Shown one piece after another: positions 39,623 through 49,071 of a DNA stretch of 64,000 nt (its first letter is position 1; each line of letters begins with the position of its first letter). The notes below the pieces were generated by a model that saw nothing but the letters and a program-made list of their open reading frames with translations, did no database searches and was not told the origin of the DNA. Both the position numbers and the translations under genes were made by a program. The stretch comes from Acidobacteriota bacterium (GTDB lineage: Bacteria; Acidobacteriota; UBA890; WLXD01): the NCBI GenBank assembly GCA_963666215.2, contig CAXWPL010000002.1, positions 128,001 through 192,000 of the forward strand, in the 5' to 3' direction.

Positions 39623-40704
39623 CGTAGTTTCAGCGTCGCCAGCGACAGTAACCCGAACACCATCGCCAGAATCCAGAAGCGAACGATCACCTTGGGCTCG
39701 GACCATCCGCCGAGCTCGAAGTGATGGTGCAGTGGTGCCATGCGGAAGACACGCTTGCCGCGCATCCGATAGCTGCCGACCTGCACGATCACCGACAGCG
39801 CCTCGAGGGTGAACACTCCGCCCACCAGCAGCAGGACGAGCTCTTGCTTGATCAGCAGTGCGATGAGGCCAATCGACCCGCCGAGTGCCAGCGATCCGGT
39901 ATCGCCCATGAAGACCGTGGCCGGGAAGCAGTTGTGCCACAGGAACCCGAGGCAGGCGCCGACGATGGCCCCGGCGAACACGGTGACCTCGCCGATGTCG
40001 CCGACGTGCAGGATGCCGAGGTAGTCGGCGATGATCGCGTGTCCGGCGAGATAGGCGAGAGCGGTGTAGGTCATCGCCGCCATGAGCACGCAGCCCGTGG
40101 CCAACCCATCGAGTCCGTCGGTGAGGTTGACGGCGTTCGAGGCCGCCACCAGCACCAGGACCGCGAAGGGCACGAACCAGATGCCCAGATGCGGGCTTAC
40201 GTCTTTGAAGAAGGGCAGCTGCAGCTGAGTCGTGAAGAGCCCCTCTTGCGCGAGCAGGAGCAGGGCAACTCCGAGGGCCGCCGACAGGGCGACTTGGCCG
40301 GCGAACTTGCTGCGCACCGAAAGGCCGCGGCGCCGTGGGTGCACCACGCCGAGGTAGTCATCGAGCGCGCCGAGGGCGCAGAACCCAACGAGGCCGGCCA
40401 TGCCGATCCACACGAACGGATTCGATGGCGAGGCCCACAGAAGCGTGCCGACGAGCACAGCTACGACCATGAGCACGCCGCCCATCGTTGGCGTCCCTTC
40501 CTTGCTGGCGTGCGTCGCGGGCCCGTCTGTGCGGATGATCTGGCCGATCTGTAGCCGGCGCAGTCTTGCGATGACCCAGGGACCGAGCGCCAATGACAGC
40601 AAGAACGCAGTACCGGCCGCGCCGGCGGTACGAACCGTCAGGTAGCGGAAAACGTTGAACGCGAACCATTGGTCGGCGAGCGGTATGAGCAGTTCGGCAA
40701 GCAC
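39619..40704 (-). CDS. mraY: MraY
   Basis: KEGTPTMGG, NLTDGLDG, FMGDTGSL, MAPLHHHFE. Confidence 0.96.
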   Translation of the reverse strand: MLAELLIPLADQWFAFNVFRYLTVRTAGAAGTAFLLSLALGPWVIARLRRLQIGQIIRTDGPATHASKEGTPTMGGVLMVVAVLVGTLLWASPSNPFVWIGMAGLVGFCALGALDDYLGVVHPRRRGLSVRSKFAGQVALSAALGVALLLLAQEGLFTTQLQLPFFKDVSPHLGIWFVPFAVLVLVAASNAVNLTDGLDGLATGCVLMAAMTYTALAYLAGHAIIADYLGILHVGDIGEVTVFAGAIVGACLGFLWHNCFPATVFMGDTGSLALGGSIGLIALLIKQELVLLLVGGVFTLEALSVIVQVGSYRMRGKRVFRMAPLHHHFELGGWSEPKVIVRFWILAMVFGLLSLATLKLR

Positions 40705-42203
40705 TACGGATTTCCTCCGCTCGTGTCGGCGCGCGATACGTCGCCTGAGCCGATCCCCGGCGTGCCCCCGCTCGGTCGATCTGGATTCGGTCGATGCAGA
40801 AGGGCCTCGCTGATGCGCTCCATGCGCACGCCCCGCGAGCCCTTCACGAGCACCAGGTCGCCGGCGCCGACCGTGGCGCCGAGAGCGGCCGAGGCCGCCG
40901 ACGTAGTGGCGTAGCTCTCGATGTGCTCGGTCGGCATACCGCCGAGCCGGGCACCCTTGCCAATGTCGCGTGCCAGCTCGCCGACGGTGACCAGAAGGTC
41001 GATGTCGAGCTGAGCGGCGTGGAGTCCGACTTCGCGATGGGCGTCCTCGGCCCAGCTGCCGAGCTCGAGCATGTCGCCGGCGACGAAGATGCGACGTTGC
41101 TCGGCCGGGAGCGCGACCAGCGTGTCGAGTGCGCGCAGCATGGCTTCGGGCGAGGCGTTGTAGCTGTCGTCGATAATCAGCGCGCCGGTCGGAGCGAGAT
41201 GCATCTGTCCGCGCATCACCGGCAGCGTCAGTGTGGGTACCGCGCGGGCAATGGCTGCTGCCGAGAGCCCGAGGGCGTGGGCCACCGCGGCGGCAGCAAG
41301 GAAGTTGGCAAGCGAGTGCGGCCCCGGCAGAGGCAGCTGCAGGTCGATGTCGTCGCCACCGGGGAGCGCCAGCTGCAGGGCCCAGCCCGTCGCGGTGGGG
41401 GAGGCGCGTAGAGCACGCACGTCGGCACTCTTTGCGAGGCCGAAAGTGAGTGCTCGCTCGATCATTGGGGCGCGACGCTCGGCCATCGCAGCGGTGCGCG
41501 GATCGTCGGCATTGACGATAAGCGTACCGCCGTCGGACAGCTCCGCAGCCAATTCTTCCTTGGCGGCGGCCACGCCCTCGAGGCTTTCGAAAAACTCCAT
41601 GTGCACCGGCGCGACGTTGGTGATGACGCCGATCGTTGGCCGCGCCAGTCGCGCCAGCTCGCGGATCTCGCCGGGAGCGCTCATGCCGAGCTCGGCCACC
41701 ATGACCCGATGGTGCGGCTCGAGCCCGAGCAATGTCAGTGGCAGCCCCCAGCGGTTGTTGTAGTTGCCCGGCGTGGCGTGGGTTGGAATCTCGGCAGCGA
41801 GCACGGCGTGGATGAGCGATTTGGTGGTGGTCTTGCCGATGCTGCCGGTCACCGCGACGACGGTCGGGTTGATCTGGTCGCGCACGTGCGCCGCGAGGCG
41901 TTGCAAGGCTCGAGTCGTGTCGTCGACGGCGATGATCGAGACCGGGCTGTCCTTCGGGTTGCCGACGGCCACATCACCCGCTCGTTCGCGCTCGACAACC
42001 AGGACGGTGGCGCCCGCCTCGACTGCCGAGGCGAGGTATCGGTGGCCGTCATCACGGGGCCCGACGATCGCCACGAAACAGTCACCGGACGACAGCGTGC
42101 GGGAGTCGATGATGACGCGGCCGAGCTTGACCTCGGCTCCGTTGCCGCCGGCGAGCTCCCCCTGCATGGCCGCGGCGGCGTCGGCAACACGTACCGCGAT
42201 CAT
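40704..42203 (-). CDS. murF: MurF ligase
   Basis: GSIGKTTTK, ELGMS, DDSYNASP, GDMLELG, KGSR. Confidence 0.94.
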   Translation of the reverse strand: MIAVRVADAAAAMQGELAGGNGAEVKLGRVIIDSRTLSSGDCFVAIVGPRDDGHRYLASAVEAGATVLVVERERAGDVAVGNPKDSPVSIIAVDDTTRALQRLAAHVRDQINPTVVAVTGSIGKTTTKSLIHAVLAAEIPTHATPGNYNNRWGLPLTLLGLEPHHRVMVAELGMSAPGEIRELARLARPTIGVITNVAPVHMEFFESLEGVAAAKEELAAELSDGGTLIVNADDPRTAAMAERRAPMIERALTFGLAKSADVRALRASPTATGWALQLALPGGDDIDLQLPLPGPHSLANFLAAAAVAHALGLSAAAIARAVPTLTLPVMRGQMHLAPTGALIIDDSYNASPEAMLRALDTLVALPAEQRRIFVAGDMLELGSWAEDAHREVGLHAAQLDIDLLVTVGELARDIGKGARLGGMPTEHIESYATTSAASAALGATVGAGDLVLVKGSRGVRMERISEALLHRPNPDRPSGGTPGIGSGDVSRADTSGGNP

Positions 42204-43828
42204 CGGTCGGTTCCTTCCGTTGCCGAGTCGCTACCAGCTTCGCCGTGGGCATCGCGGTCCTGGTGCCTGGGGAACCAGCCGAGCTCTGCCAGCGCCGCTG
42301 CCGCCACCACGCGGTCGTCAAAAGGAACGGCGCCGTCGGCGAATACCTGCTCGGTCTCGTGCCCCTTGCCCGCAAGCAGCACACAGCCGCCGGCGCGGCC
42401 GGCGGCGATTGCCCGGCAGATTGCGGCAGCGCGATCTGCCTCGATCGTCACTCGACCCCGCAGCTCGTCGGGGATGCCGGCAACGATGGCGGCGATGATC
42501 GCCTCCGGCTCTTCACCTCGCGGATTGTCGGAGGTGACGATCACCTGGTCCGCTCCGCGCGCCGAAATCAGGCCCATTTCGCCACGCTTGCTGGCGTCGC
42601 GGTCACCGCCGCAGCCGAAGAGAACGACGAGCCCGCCGTCGATTGTCAGCTCTCGGCTCGCTTCGATCGCCGACTCCAGGGCGCCGGAAGTGTGGGCGAA
42701 ATCGACGAGAACGGCGAACGGCTGGCCGCGGTCGACCCGCTCGAAACGGCCGGGCTCACCCGCAAAGCGCGCCACGACCGCGGCGATCTGCGCCTCGTCG
42801 ATGCCCAGTTCGAGAGCGATGGCCACCGCCGCGGCGATGTTCTCGGCGTTCACACGGCCGAAGAGCGGCGATTGCAGAGCCAGTCTGCCCGCAGCGTGCT
42901 CGATGCGCAGCCGCATGCCTCGTGGCCCGCAGGAATAGTCGGCGATGGCAAAGTCGAGGTTCTCGGTGGTCTGTCCGTCGGCCGAACTGTCGGCAGAGTG
43001 GGCCCAGCCGTAGCGTCGCGTGCGTCCTGCCGCCTTGTCGGCGAGCTCAGCGAGACGGGTGCAAGCGTGGTCGGCGGCGTTGAGAATCGCGGGCGCCTCG
43101 GCCGGGAGCATGGAAAACAACTTTCCCTTGGCCTCGAGATAGGCCTCCATGGTGCCATGGAAGTCGAGGTGGTCGGGGGTCAGGTTGGTGAATGCGGCGG
43201 CTGCGAAGCGCACGCCGTCTACCCGATGCAACTCGAGCGCGTGCGAGGAAACTTCGATCGCCGCGGCCCAGCATCCGGCGTCTCGCATTTCGGCAAGCGC
43301 CGCCTGCAGATCGGGCGCCTCGGGTGTGGTGCGCTCGGTGGGCTCCGATCGGCCTGCGATGCGCACCTGGGTCGTGCTCCAGCGCCCAACAGGCCCTCGA
43401 GTTGCGAGCATGGCCTCGCAGAGCGCTGTTACGGTGGTCTTGCCGTTGGTTCCCGTCGTCCCGACAACGCTCATCGAGCGGCTCGGATGATCGTAGAAGG
43501 CGGTGGCGACGGCCGCCAAGGCGGCGCGAGCGTCCGACACACGCACCCAGGTCGCCGGCCTGTTTCCGGCGTCGATGCCTCCGGGCTCCGACTCCGAGAG
43601 AACAGCCGCGGCACCGCGGTCGGTTGCTTGCGGTACGAACGACAGGCCATCCTGACGGAGGCCTGGGATGGCAACGAACAGGTCCCCGGCGCCCACCTGG
43701 CGAGAGTCGTAGGCGATACCGGTGATGTCGATGCCCGCGCCGGCACCGACTCCGCCGTCGATTTCTGCTTCGATGCCCACCAGCAGCGCCGCCAGCGGTC
43801 GCGATCGGGGTCTCGACGCGGTCGGCAT
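42200..43828 (-). CDS. murE: MurE ligase (DNPR motif, meso-DAP type)
   Basis: GTNGKTT, EVSSH, DHLDFH, SDNPR, AGKGHE. Confidence 0.95.
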   Translation of the reverse strand: MPTASRPRSRPLAALLVGIEAEIDGGVGAGAGIDITGIAYDSRQVGAGDLFVAIPGLRQDGLSFVPQATDRGAAAVLSESEPGGIDAGNRPATWVRVSDARAALAAVATAFYDHPSRSMSVVGTTGTNGKTTVTALCEAMLATRGPVGRWSTTQVRIAGRSEPTERTTPEAPDLQAALAEMRDAGCWAAAIEVSSHALELHRVDGVRFAAAAFTNLTPDHLDFHGTMEAYLEAKGKLFSMLPAEAPAILNAADHACTRLAELADKAAGRTRRYGWAHSADSSADGQTTENLDFAIADYSCGPRGMRLRIEHAAGRLALQSPLFGRVNAENIAAAVAIALELGIDEAQIAAVVARFAGEPGRFERVDRGQPFAVLVDFAHTSGALESAIEASRELTIDGGLVVLFGCGGDRDASKRGEMGLISARGADQVIVTSDNPRGEEPEAIIAAIVAGIPDELRGRVTIEADRAAAICRAIAAGRAGGCVLLAGKGHETEQVFADGAVPFDDRVVAAAALAELGWFPRHQDRDAHGEAGSDSATEGTDR

Positions 43829-43839
43829 GCGGTCGGCAG

Positions 43840-45663
43840 CTACATCCCCGGCGCGGTGATCGCCGTGCCGACCGCGTCGGCAGGCATCGACCGGGCAGGG
43901 GAGGCCGAGCGGTTGCCGAATTCGTCCGCGCCGAAGTCGTCCGGCTGGATGCGGAGCTTACGAATGGCGGCCAGTGCCACCTCGCGGAAAGCCGGAGCGG
44001 CGGCCTGACTGCCGCCGTGGCCGTAGCCGCGCGTCGGCTCGTCAATCATCACCAGAATCAGTATGCGCGGCGCGCTGACTGGTAGGAATCCCACGAAACC
44101 GGCGACGTACTTGGTATAGCGGCCGGTAGCGGGATCGATCTTCTGCGCCGTCGACGTCTTGCCGGCGACCCGGTAGCCCGGAATCGCCGCCGGCTTGCCG
44201 GTGCCGGCGCGCACGACGTCTTCCATGATCAGCGCCGTTCGTGTCGCGATCGACTCTTTGAGCACTCGCCGTCGCGCTAGCGGCTCGTTGATTACGGTCT
44301 CGTCGTCTTGGGCGCTGCTGGCGTGCGTGACCACGTAGGGCCGCATCAAGAGACCGCCGTTGGCGATGGCGGCGACGGCGGACGCCAGCTGCAGGGGCGT
44401 CGCACTGATTCCCTGCCCGAAGGCCATCGAAGACTGCGACAACGCCGACCACCCCTCCGGGTCCTGCAGCAGTCCGATGGTCTCGAAGGGCAAGTCGACG
44501 CCGGTGCGCTCGCCAAATCCGAAGTCGCGTACCCATTGAAAGTAGGTCTCGGGAGAGAGGCGCAGGCACACCTTGATGGTCCCGACGTTGCTCGAGTTCA
44601 TCAGTACTTCGCGGAAGCGCAGCAGGCCGAATCCGAATCTCCAGTCTTTGTAGATATGATTGGCCACCTGCAGGCGGCCGCCCTGACAATCGATGATCTC
44701 GTCCTCGCTCACGACGTTCTCGTGCAGTGCGGCGGCCGCCGTAATGACCTTGAACGCTGAGCCCGGCTCGAGCGGCGTTTGCACGGCGTGGTTGCGCATG
44801 TTGCGCAGCAGGGCTTCGTCGCGGCTGTTCGGGTTGAACGTGGGGTAGGACGCCATGGCAACGATTTCACCCGTGCCGGGGTCGAGCGCCACGATGCTGC
44901 CACTCACCGCGCGGTGCTTCGTCACCGCGTCTTTTAGCGCCCGTTCGGCTGCGAACTGCAGAGTCCAATCGATGGTGAGGTGGATGTCGCGGCCACGCGA
45001 GGGGTCGGTTCGACCCAGTCCACTGCCCGCGATGATGCGGTTCCAGCCGTCGCGCAACGTGTTGAGTCGTCCCGGCTCGCCACGAATCCGCTCGTCGTAG
45101 TACCGCTCGACGCCCGCCTGCCCCACGTTGTCGCGGTTGACGAAACCGAGCACGTGCGCCGCCAGCGTTCGGTTGGGGTAGTAGCGCGTCGACTCTTGGT
45201 GGATCCCGATGCCCTGATGCCAGCCGTTCGCTTTCACGACATCTCGCACTGCCGCCACCATTTCCGGCCGCGCGGCACGACGCAGATAGACGAAGCGACG
45301 CTGGGGGTTGAGCTCGCGCAGGAGATCGTCCTCGCGGAGTCCGAGGATCGGAGCAAGGCGCGCTGCCGCAGCGATGCGATCGGGGAGCAGATGGGGATGG
45401 GCGAAGATCGAGCCGAGGTCGATGCTGGTCGTCAACTTCTGGCCGTCGCGAGCATGGATGTCGCCGCGTTTGGCGACCAGGGGAATCACCGCGGTGCGCT
45501 GATCGCCGCCACGCGCCACCAGGCGCTCGTGCTGATTCACCTGCAAGTCGAACAGCCGCGCCAGCAGAAGCAACGACCAGCCACAGATCGCGGCCATCAG
45601 AAAGATCGCTCGGCGACGGTGGTAGGGCAGCTTTTCGTGGTTTTTCAGGCTATGGATGACCAT
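43840..45663 (-). CDS. ftsI: FtsI/PBP3 class B transpeptidase
   Basis: RGDI, RYYP, EPGSAFK, SSN, AGKTSTAQK. Confidence 0.92.
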   Translation of the reverse strand: MVIHSLKNHEKLPYHRRRAIFLMAAICGWSLLLLARLFDLQVNQHERLVARGGDQRTAVIPLVAKRGDIHARDGQKLTTSIDLGSIFAHPHLLPDRIAAAARLAPILGLREDDLLRELNPQRRFVYLRRAARPEMVAAVRDVVKANGWHQGIGIHQESTRYYPNRTLAAHVLGFVNRDNVGQAGVERYYDERIRGEPGRLNTLRDGWNRIIAGSGLGRTDPSRGRDIHLTIDWTLQFAAERALKDAVTKHRAVSGSIVALDPGTGEIVAMASYPTFNPNSRDEALLRNMRNHAVQTPLEPGSAFKVITAAAALHENVVSEDEIIDCQGGRLQVANHIYKDWRFGFGLLRFREVLMNSSNVGTIKVCLRLSPETYFQWVRDFGFGERTGVDLPFETIGLLQDPEGWSALSQSSMAFGQGISATPLQLASAVAAIANGGLLMRPYVVTHASSAQDDETVINEPLARRRVLKESIATRTALIMEDVVRAGTGKPAAIPGYRVAGKTSTAQKIDPATGRYTKYVAGFVGFLPVSAPRILILVMIDEPTRGYGHGGSQAAAPAFREVALAAIRKLRIQPDDFGADEFGNRSASPARSMPADAVGTAITAPGM

Positions 45664-46033
45664 CGGGTCCTCGTCCGCCGCCGCTGGTCAGCAGGAGCCG
45701 CTCTCCGCCGCTCTGCGGGCGTCCCAGGCTGGCAACCTGTTCGGGAAGGGGCTCGCCAAGTCCCGCGAGCTCGCGAGCCTTGTGTTGCAGCCGCCAGGGG
45801 TCGAGCTCGACCGCGCGCTCGATCAGCAGCTGGCCGCGGCGCTCGTCGAGGTCGGCGAGACGACTCTCGAGAGCGGCGATTTGGCCGCGGTTCTCGTGCA
45901 AGCGCGCGCGCTGAGAAGCGTAGAGGAAGCCCGGGATGATCAGCAGAAGGATCGCCACGATGAGCTGCCCGAAATAGGTGAGACGCTCTGGGTCGCTCGG
46001 CTTGGTCAGCTGCCGGTTGATGACACGTGGCAC
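45650..46033 (-). CDS. ftsL: Cell division protein FtsL
   Basis: TM plus coiled coil between rsmH and ftsI; GGGAG RBS. Confidence 0.75.
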   Translation of the reverse strand: MPRVINRQLTKPSDPERLTYFGQLIVAILLLIIPGFLYASQRARLHENRGQIAALESRLADLDERRGQLLIERAVELDPWRLQHKARELAGLGEPLPEQVASLGRPQSGGERLLLTSGGGRGPDGHP

Positions 46034-46120
46034 CGGACACTACTCCCAGCTTGAGCCGATCGGGCGTTTATGGCATGCGTGGCGGGACGATCTCTCCCGG
46101 TGGCGATTCGTGGACGCCTA

Positions 46121-46274
46121 AGAAGGAAGCGAGCGGGGAGAGTCGGGCATCTGTGGCTCCAAAGGCCTGGGGCGAAAGCTAGCCAGGGTTGTAAAGGGAG
46201 GCATGTTTACAACGCATGGGTTACTAGCTGGCCTTGGAGCCACAGATTCCCGACTCTCTTCGTCGCTCCTTTCT
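46121..46274. repeat. 154-nt imperfect inverted repeat / candidate structured RNA
   Basis: About 43-bp outer stem (e.g. ATCTGTGGCTCC/GGAGCCACAGAT and GAGAGTCGGG/CCCGACTCTC) plus inner stems AGCTAG/CTAGCT and GTTGTAAA/TTTACAAC. Confidence 0.85.
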
Positions 46275-47296
46275 CAGAGGTGCCTGACCGCGCGGAGACG
46301 GGCACTCCGTGCGCGCGGGTTGGCGCCGATCTCACGTTCGCTCGGTAGCATCGGTCGCGAGGTCAGAATCTCGACCTCGGCACGCTTGTCACATCCGCAG
46401 ACCGGCATCCGAGGCGGGCACTGGCAGTCACTCGCGAGGTAGCGGAAGGCGCGCTTGACCTGCCGATCCTCTAGCGAGTGGAAGGCGAGGGCGATGAGGA
46501 CTCCGCCCGGTGTCAGTAGCCGTGCCGCGGCGATGAAGAACTCTTCGAGCCGGGCGATCTCGTCGTTGACCGCGATGCGGAGTGCTTGGAAAGTGCGAGT
46601 GGCTGGGTGGATACGCTGCGGACCACGGCTTCCGGCCGCCGCCGCAACCACCTCGGCCAACTGGGTCGTGCCAAGTAGGGGAGAGGACTCGCGCGCTTTC
46701 ACGATGGCGCGCGCGATCCTGCCGGCCTTCGGCTCCTCGCCATAGTCGCGAATGATCGCCTTCAGCTCCCCAGCCTCCAGACGGTTGACCAGGTCGGCAG
46801 CCGTGCGAGGCTGCTTCCTGTCCATCCGCATATCGAGTGGGCCCTCGCGGCGGAACGAGAAACCCCGCTCTGCCGTTTCGAGCTGAAGTGACGAGGCGCC
46901 GAGGTCGACGAGGATTCCACCCACGTTCCCCCACCGGTGATGTTCGGAAAGTTCGCGCAAATCGCGGTAGTCGGAACGAATGAGCTCGTAGCGGCCATTC
47001 CACCGTGAAAGACGTAGATCTGCCATTGCCAGCGCATCGGCATCACGGTCGATGCCCACGAGCCGACGATCGGGCATCGCCTCGAGCAGAGCGTCGGCGT
47101 GACCGCCAAGTCCAACAGTGCCGTCGATGAGCAGGCCCTCAGCGCTATCGCGCAGCAACTCGACGACCTCGGCCAGCATGACGGGCCGGTGCAGGTCGGC
47201 GGGGCGGCTCTCTGCCTGAGAACGCGGGCGGATCGCGGCCGCCATGTCGATTTCGAGACCGATTTTCGCGACGGCACTACGAGCGCTCAACATCAT
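46274..47296 (-). CDS. rsmH: 16S rRNA m4C1402 methyltransferase RsmH
   Basis: HRPVM, DGTVGLGGH, DLGASS, PLDMRMD, FQALRIAVN, FHSLEDR. Confidence 0.96.
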   Translation of the reverse strand: MMLSARSAVAKIGLEIDMAAAIRPRSQAESRPADLHRPVMLAEVVELLRDSAEGLLIDGTVGLGGHADALLEAMPDRRLVGIDRDADALAMADLRLSRWNGRYELIRSDYRDLRELSEHHRWGNVGGILVDLGASSLQLETAERGFSFRREGPLDMRMDRKQPRTAADLVNRLEAGELKAIIRDYGEEPKAGRIARAIVKARESSPLLGTTQLAEVVAAAAGSRGPQRIHPATRTFQALRIAVNDEIARLEEFFIAAARLLTPGGVLIALAFHSLEDRQVKRAFRYLASDCQCPPRMPVCGCDKRAEVEILTSRPMLPSEREIGANPRARSARLRAVRHL

Positions 47297-47733
47297 TAGA
47301 CCCCCAAGTCGGCGAGAACACGGAAGCGATTGTCGGTGAATCGGCGTTGCTCGAGGCGGCTCTTGAGTGCGGTGTGGTTCCAGATCTCGAGGTGGTCCAT
47401 TTTGCCCATCACCGCAACCTCGCCGGTGGTTTGGGCGCTTTCACGCACGAGCTGGGGGATGAGCACACGGCCGGCCTTATCCATGGTCCCGGCCTGTCCG
47501 AAGTAGTTGACCCAGGTCAGCAGCTCGTCCCTCTCCGGATGCATCGATGCCACGGCCGACAACCGTTCCTCGAAAGCGATCCACGCGGGTAGCGGATACA
47601 GCAGCACGTTCTCGCCGGTGAAGCTGGTGAGGAAGACCTGCTCTCCGTACTTCTCGTGGATCTCCTTGCGGAAGGCGGCGGGTACCTTCAGCCGGTTCTT
47701 GGCGTCGACCGTTGCCGGGATATTGCCCCTCAT
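47296..47733 (-). CDS. mraZ: MraZ
   Basis: VDAKNRLKVP, MDKAGRVLIP, HLEIW; start at ATG 47733. Confidence 0.93.
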   Translation of the reverse strand: MRGNIPATVDAKNRLKVPAAFRKEIHEKYGEQVFLTSFTGENVLLYPLPAWIAFEERLSAVASMHPERDELLTWVNYFGQAGTMDKAGRVLIPQLVRESAQTTGEVAVMGKMDHLEIWNHTALKSRLEQRRFTDNRFRVLADLGV

Positions 47734-47785
47734 CCTGGGCCTGCCTGTTTTTCGAGGAAATTGGCATCGTTTTTGGGTGGCTAGA

Positions 47786-47844
47786 CCACTTTGATCCACT
47801 TCCGACCACGCGCGGAGTGTACGAACCGACCTGGAGGCTGTCAA
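47786..47844 (-). promoter_or_regulatory. dcw promoter TTGACA-N17-TACACT with three MraZ-type GTGG boxes
   Basis: -35 at 47844-47839, -10 at 47821-47816; GTGG starting at 47809, 47799 and 47789 (10-nt period). Confidence 0.85.
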
Positions 47845-47995
47845 GTGCCGGCGACGCTTTTCTCAAATCGCGTCGTGTGTGGGCTCTGAGCCCCCAGCGG
47901 CCGGATCGGCGCAAAGGTGGTCCGAAGTGGACCGTTAGCTCGCAGAGATCGGCGAGGCTGTCGCCCCGTGTCGCCTAGGCCGAGTGATTCGAGAT

Positions 47996-48838
47996 CTAGT
48001 GGCCTCGGAGGCGAGCGATGCGAGCCTCCATCGGCGGATGCGTCGCGAAGAGATTGCCCAACCCGCGGCCCGAGAACGGCTTGACGATGAACATGTGAGC
48101 GGTCGCGGGTGAGGCCTGCGTCGGCGCCACCCTGGCTACGCTGTCGAGCTTTTGAAGCGCGCTGATGAGACCGTGCGGCTGCCCGGCCATCGCGGCACCG
48201 GTGGCATCGGCTTTGAATTCGCGCGTGCGCGAGATTGCCATTTGCACGAGCATCGCGGCGAGCGGCGCGACGATCATCATGGCGATGGCACCGAGCGCAC
48301 CGCCGCCGTTTCGGTCGCGGCTGCCGCCGCCAATTCCACCACCGAACATGGCCGAGTAGCCGACAAAACGCGCCAGCATGGTGATCGCGCCGGCCACGGT
48401 CGCGGCGATCGACGAGATCAGGATGTCGCGGTTCTTGATATGCGCCAGCTCGTGGGCGATGACGCCTTCCAGCTCCTGCTCATCGAGGCGGTGCAGGAGG
48501 CCCGCGGTGATGGCGACCGCGGCGTGGTCAGGGTTGCGGCCAGTGGCGAACGCGTTGGCTCCGTCGGCGGGCAACACATAGAGCGCGGGCATCGGGAGCC
48601 CGGCGCGGCCGACGAGGTTGCGGGTGATGCGGTGGAGCTGTGGCTGGCTGTTCTCGTCTACAGGCTGCGCGCGGTACATCTTGAGCACGATCTTGTCGGA
48701 GAACCAGTAGCTCCCGAAGTTCATCACAACGGCGAGCCCAAAGGCGATGAGCATGCCGCTCTGGCCGAAAAAGGAGCCCACGGCGACCATGAGCCCGGTC
48801 ATGGTGCCGAGAAGCAGGACAGTCTTGATTCCGTTCAT
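47996..48838 (-). CDS. htpX: HtpX zinc metalloprotease
   Basis: NAFATGRNP, HELAH, SRTREFKAD, THPP. Confidence 0.95.
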   Translation of the reverse strand: MNGIKTVLLLGTMTGLMVAVGSFFGQSGMLIAFGLAVVMNFGSYWFSDKIVLKMYRAQPVDENSQPQLHRITRNLVGRAGLPMPALYVLPADGANAFATGRNPDHAAVAITAGLLHRLDEQELEGVIAHELAHIKNRDILISSIAATVAGAITMLARFVGYSAMFGGGIGGGSRDRNGGGALGAIAMMIVAPLAAMLVQMAISRTREFKADATGAAMAGQPHGLISALQKLDSVARVAPTQASPATAHMFIVKPFSGRGLGNLFATHPPMEARIARLRGH

Positions 48839-49071
48839 CTCGAGGTTCCTTGTCAGGGACTAGGGTGCTGCGTTCCAGGTCGTGTGCTTGCGGTCGGTCG
48901 GCATGCGCTCGACGCCGCTAGTCAGATTCTACAGACCCCAGAGGCGTGTTGCCCGGCCGCTGGTGCAGCTCGGTCGACGTCGAGACAGGCTGTCCACGCC
49001 GTCGAACGGGCTGCCGGCGCGGGACGGCTGAGTGCCGACCGGTGGCTGCTGAGAACGCCGCTGGCGGTCTG

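Noticed and set aside
39623-39940. murD ORF extension overlapping mraY
   Set aside because: An off-frame read of mraY; the real start is at the ATGA overlap (39622).
46203-46442. 79-aa + strand ORF starting in the hairpin loop
   Set aside because: SD-to-ATG spacing is too short, the ORF is antisense to rsmH, and it has no protein features.
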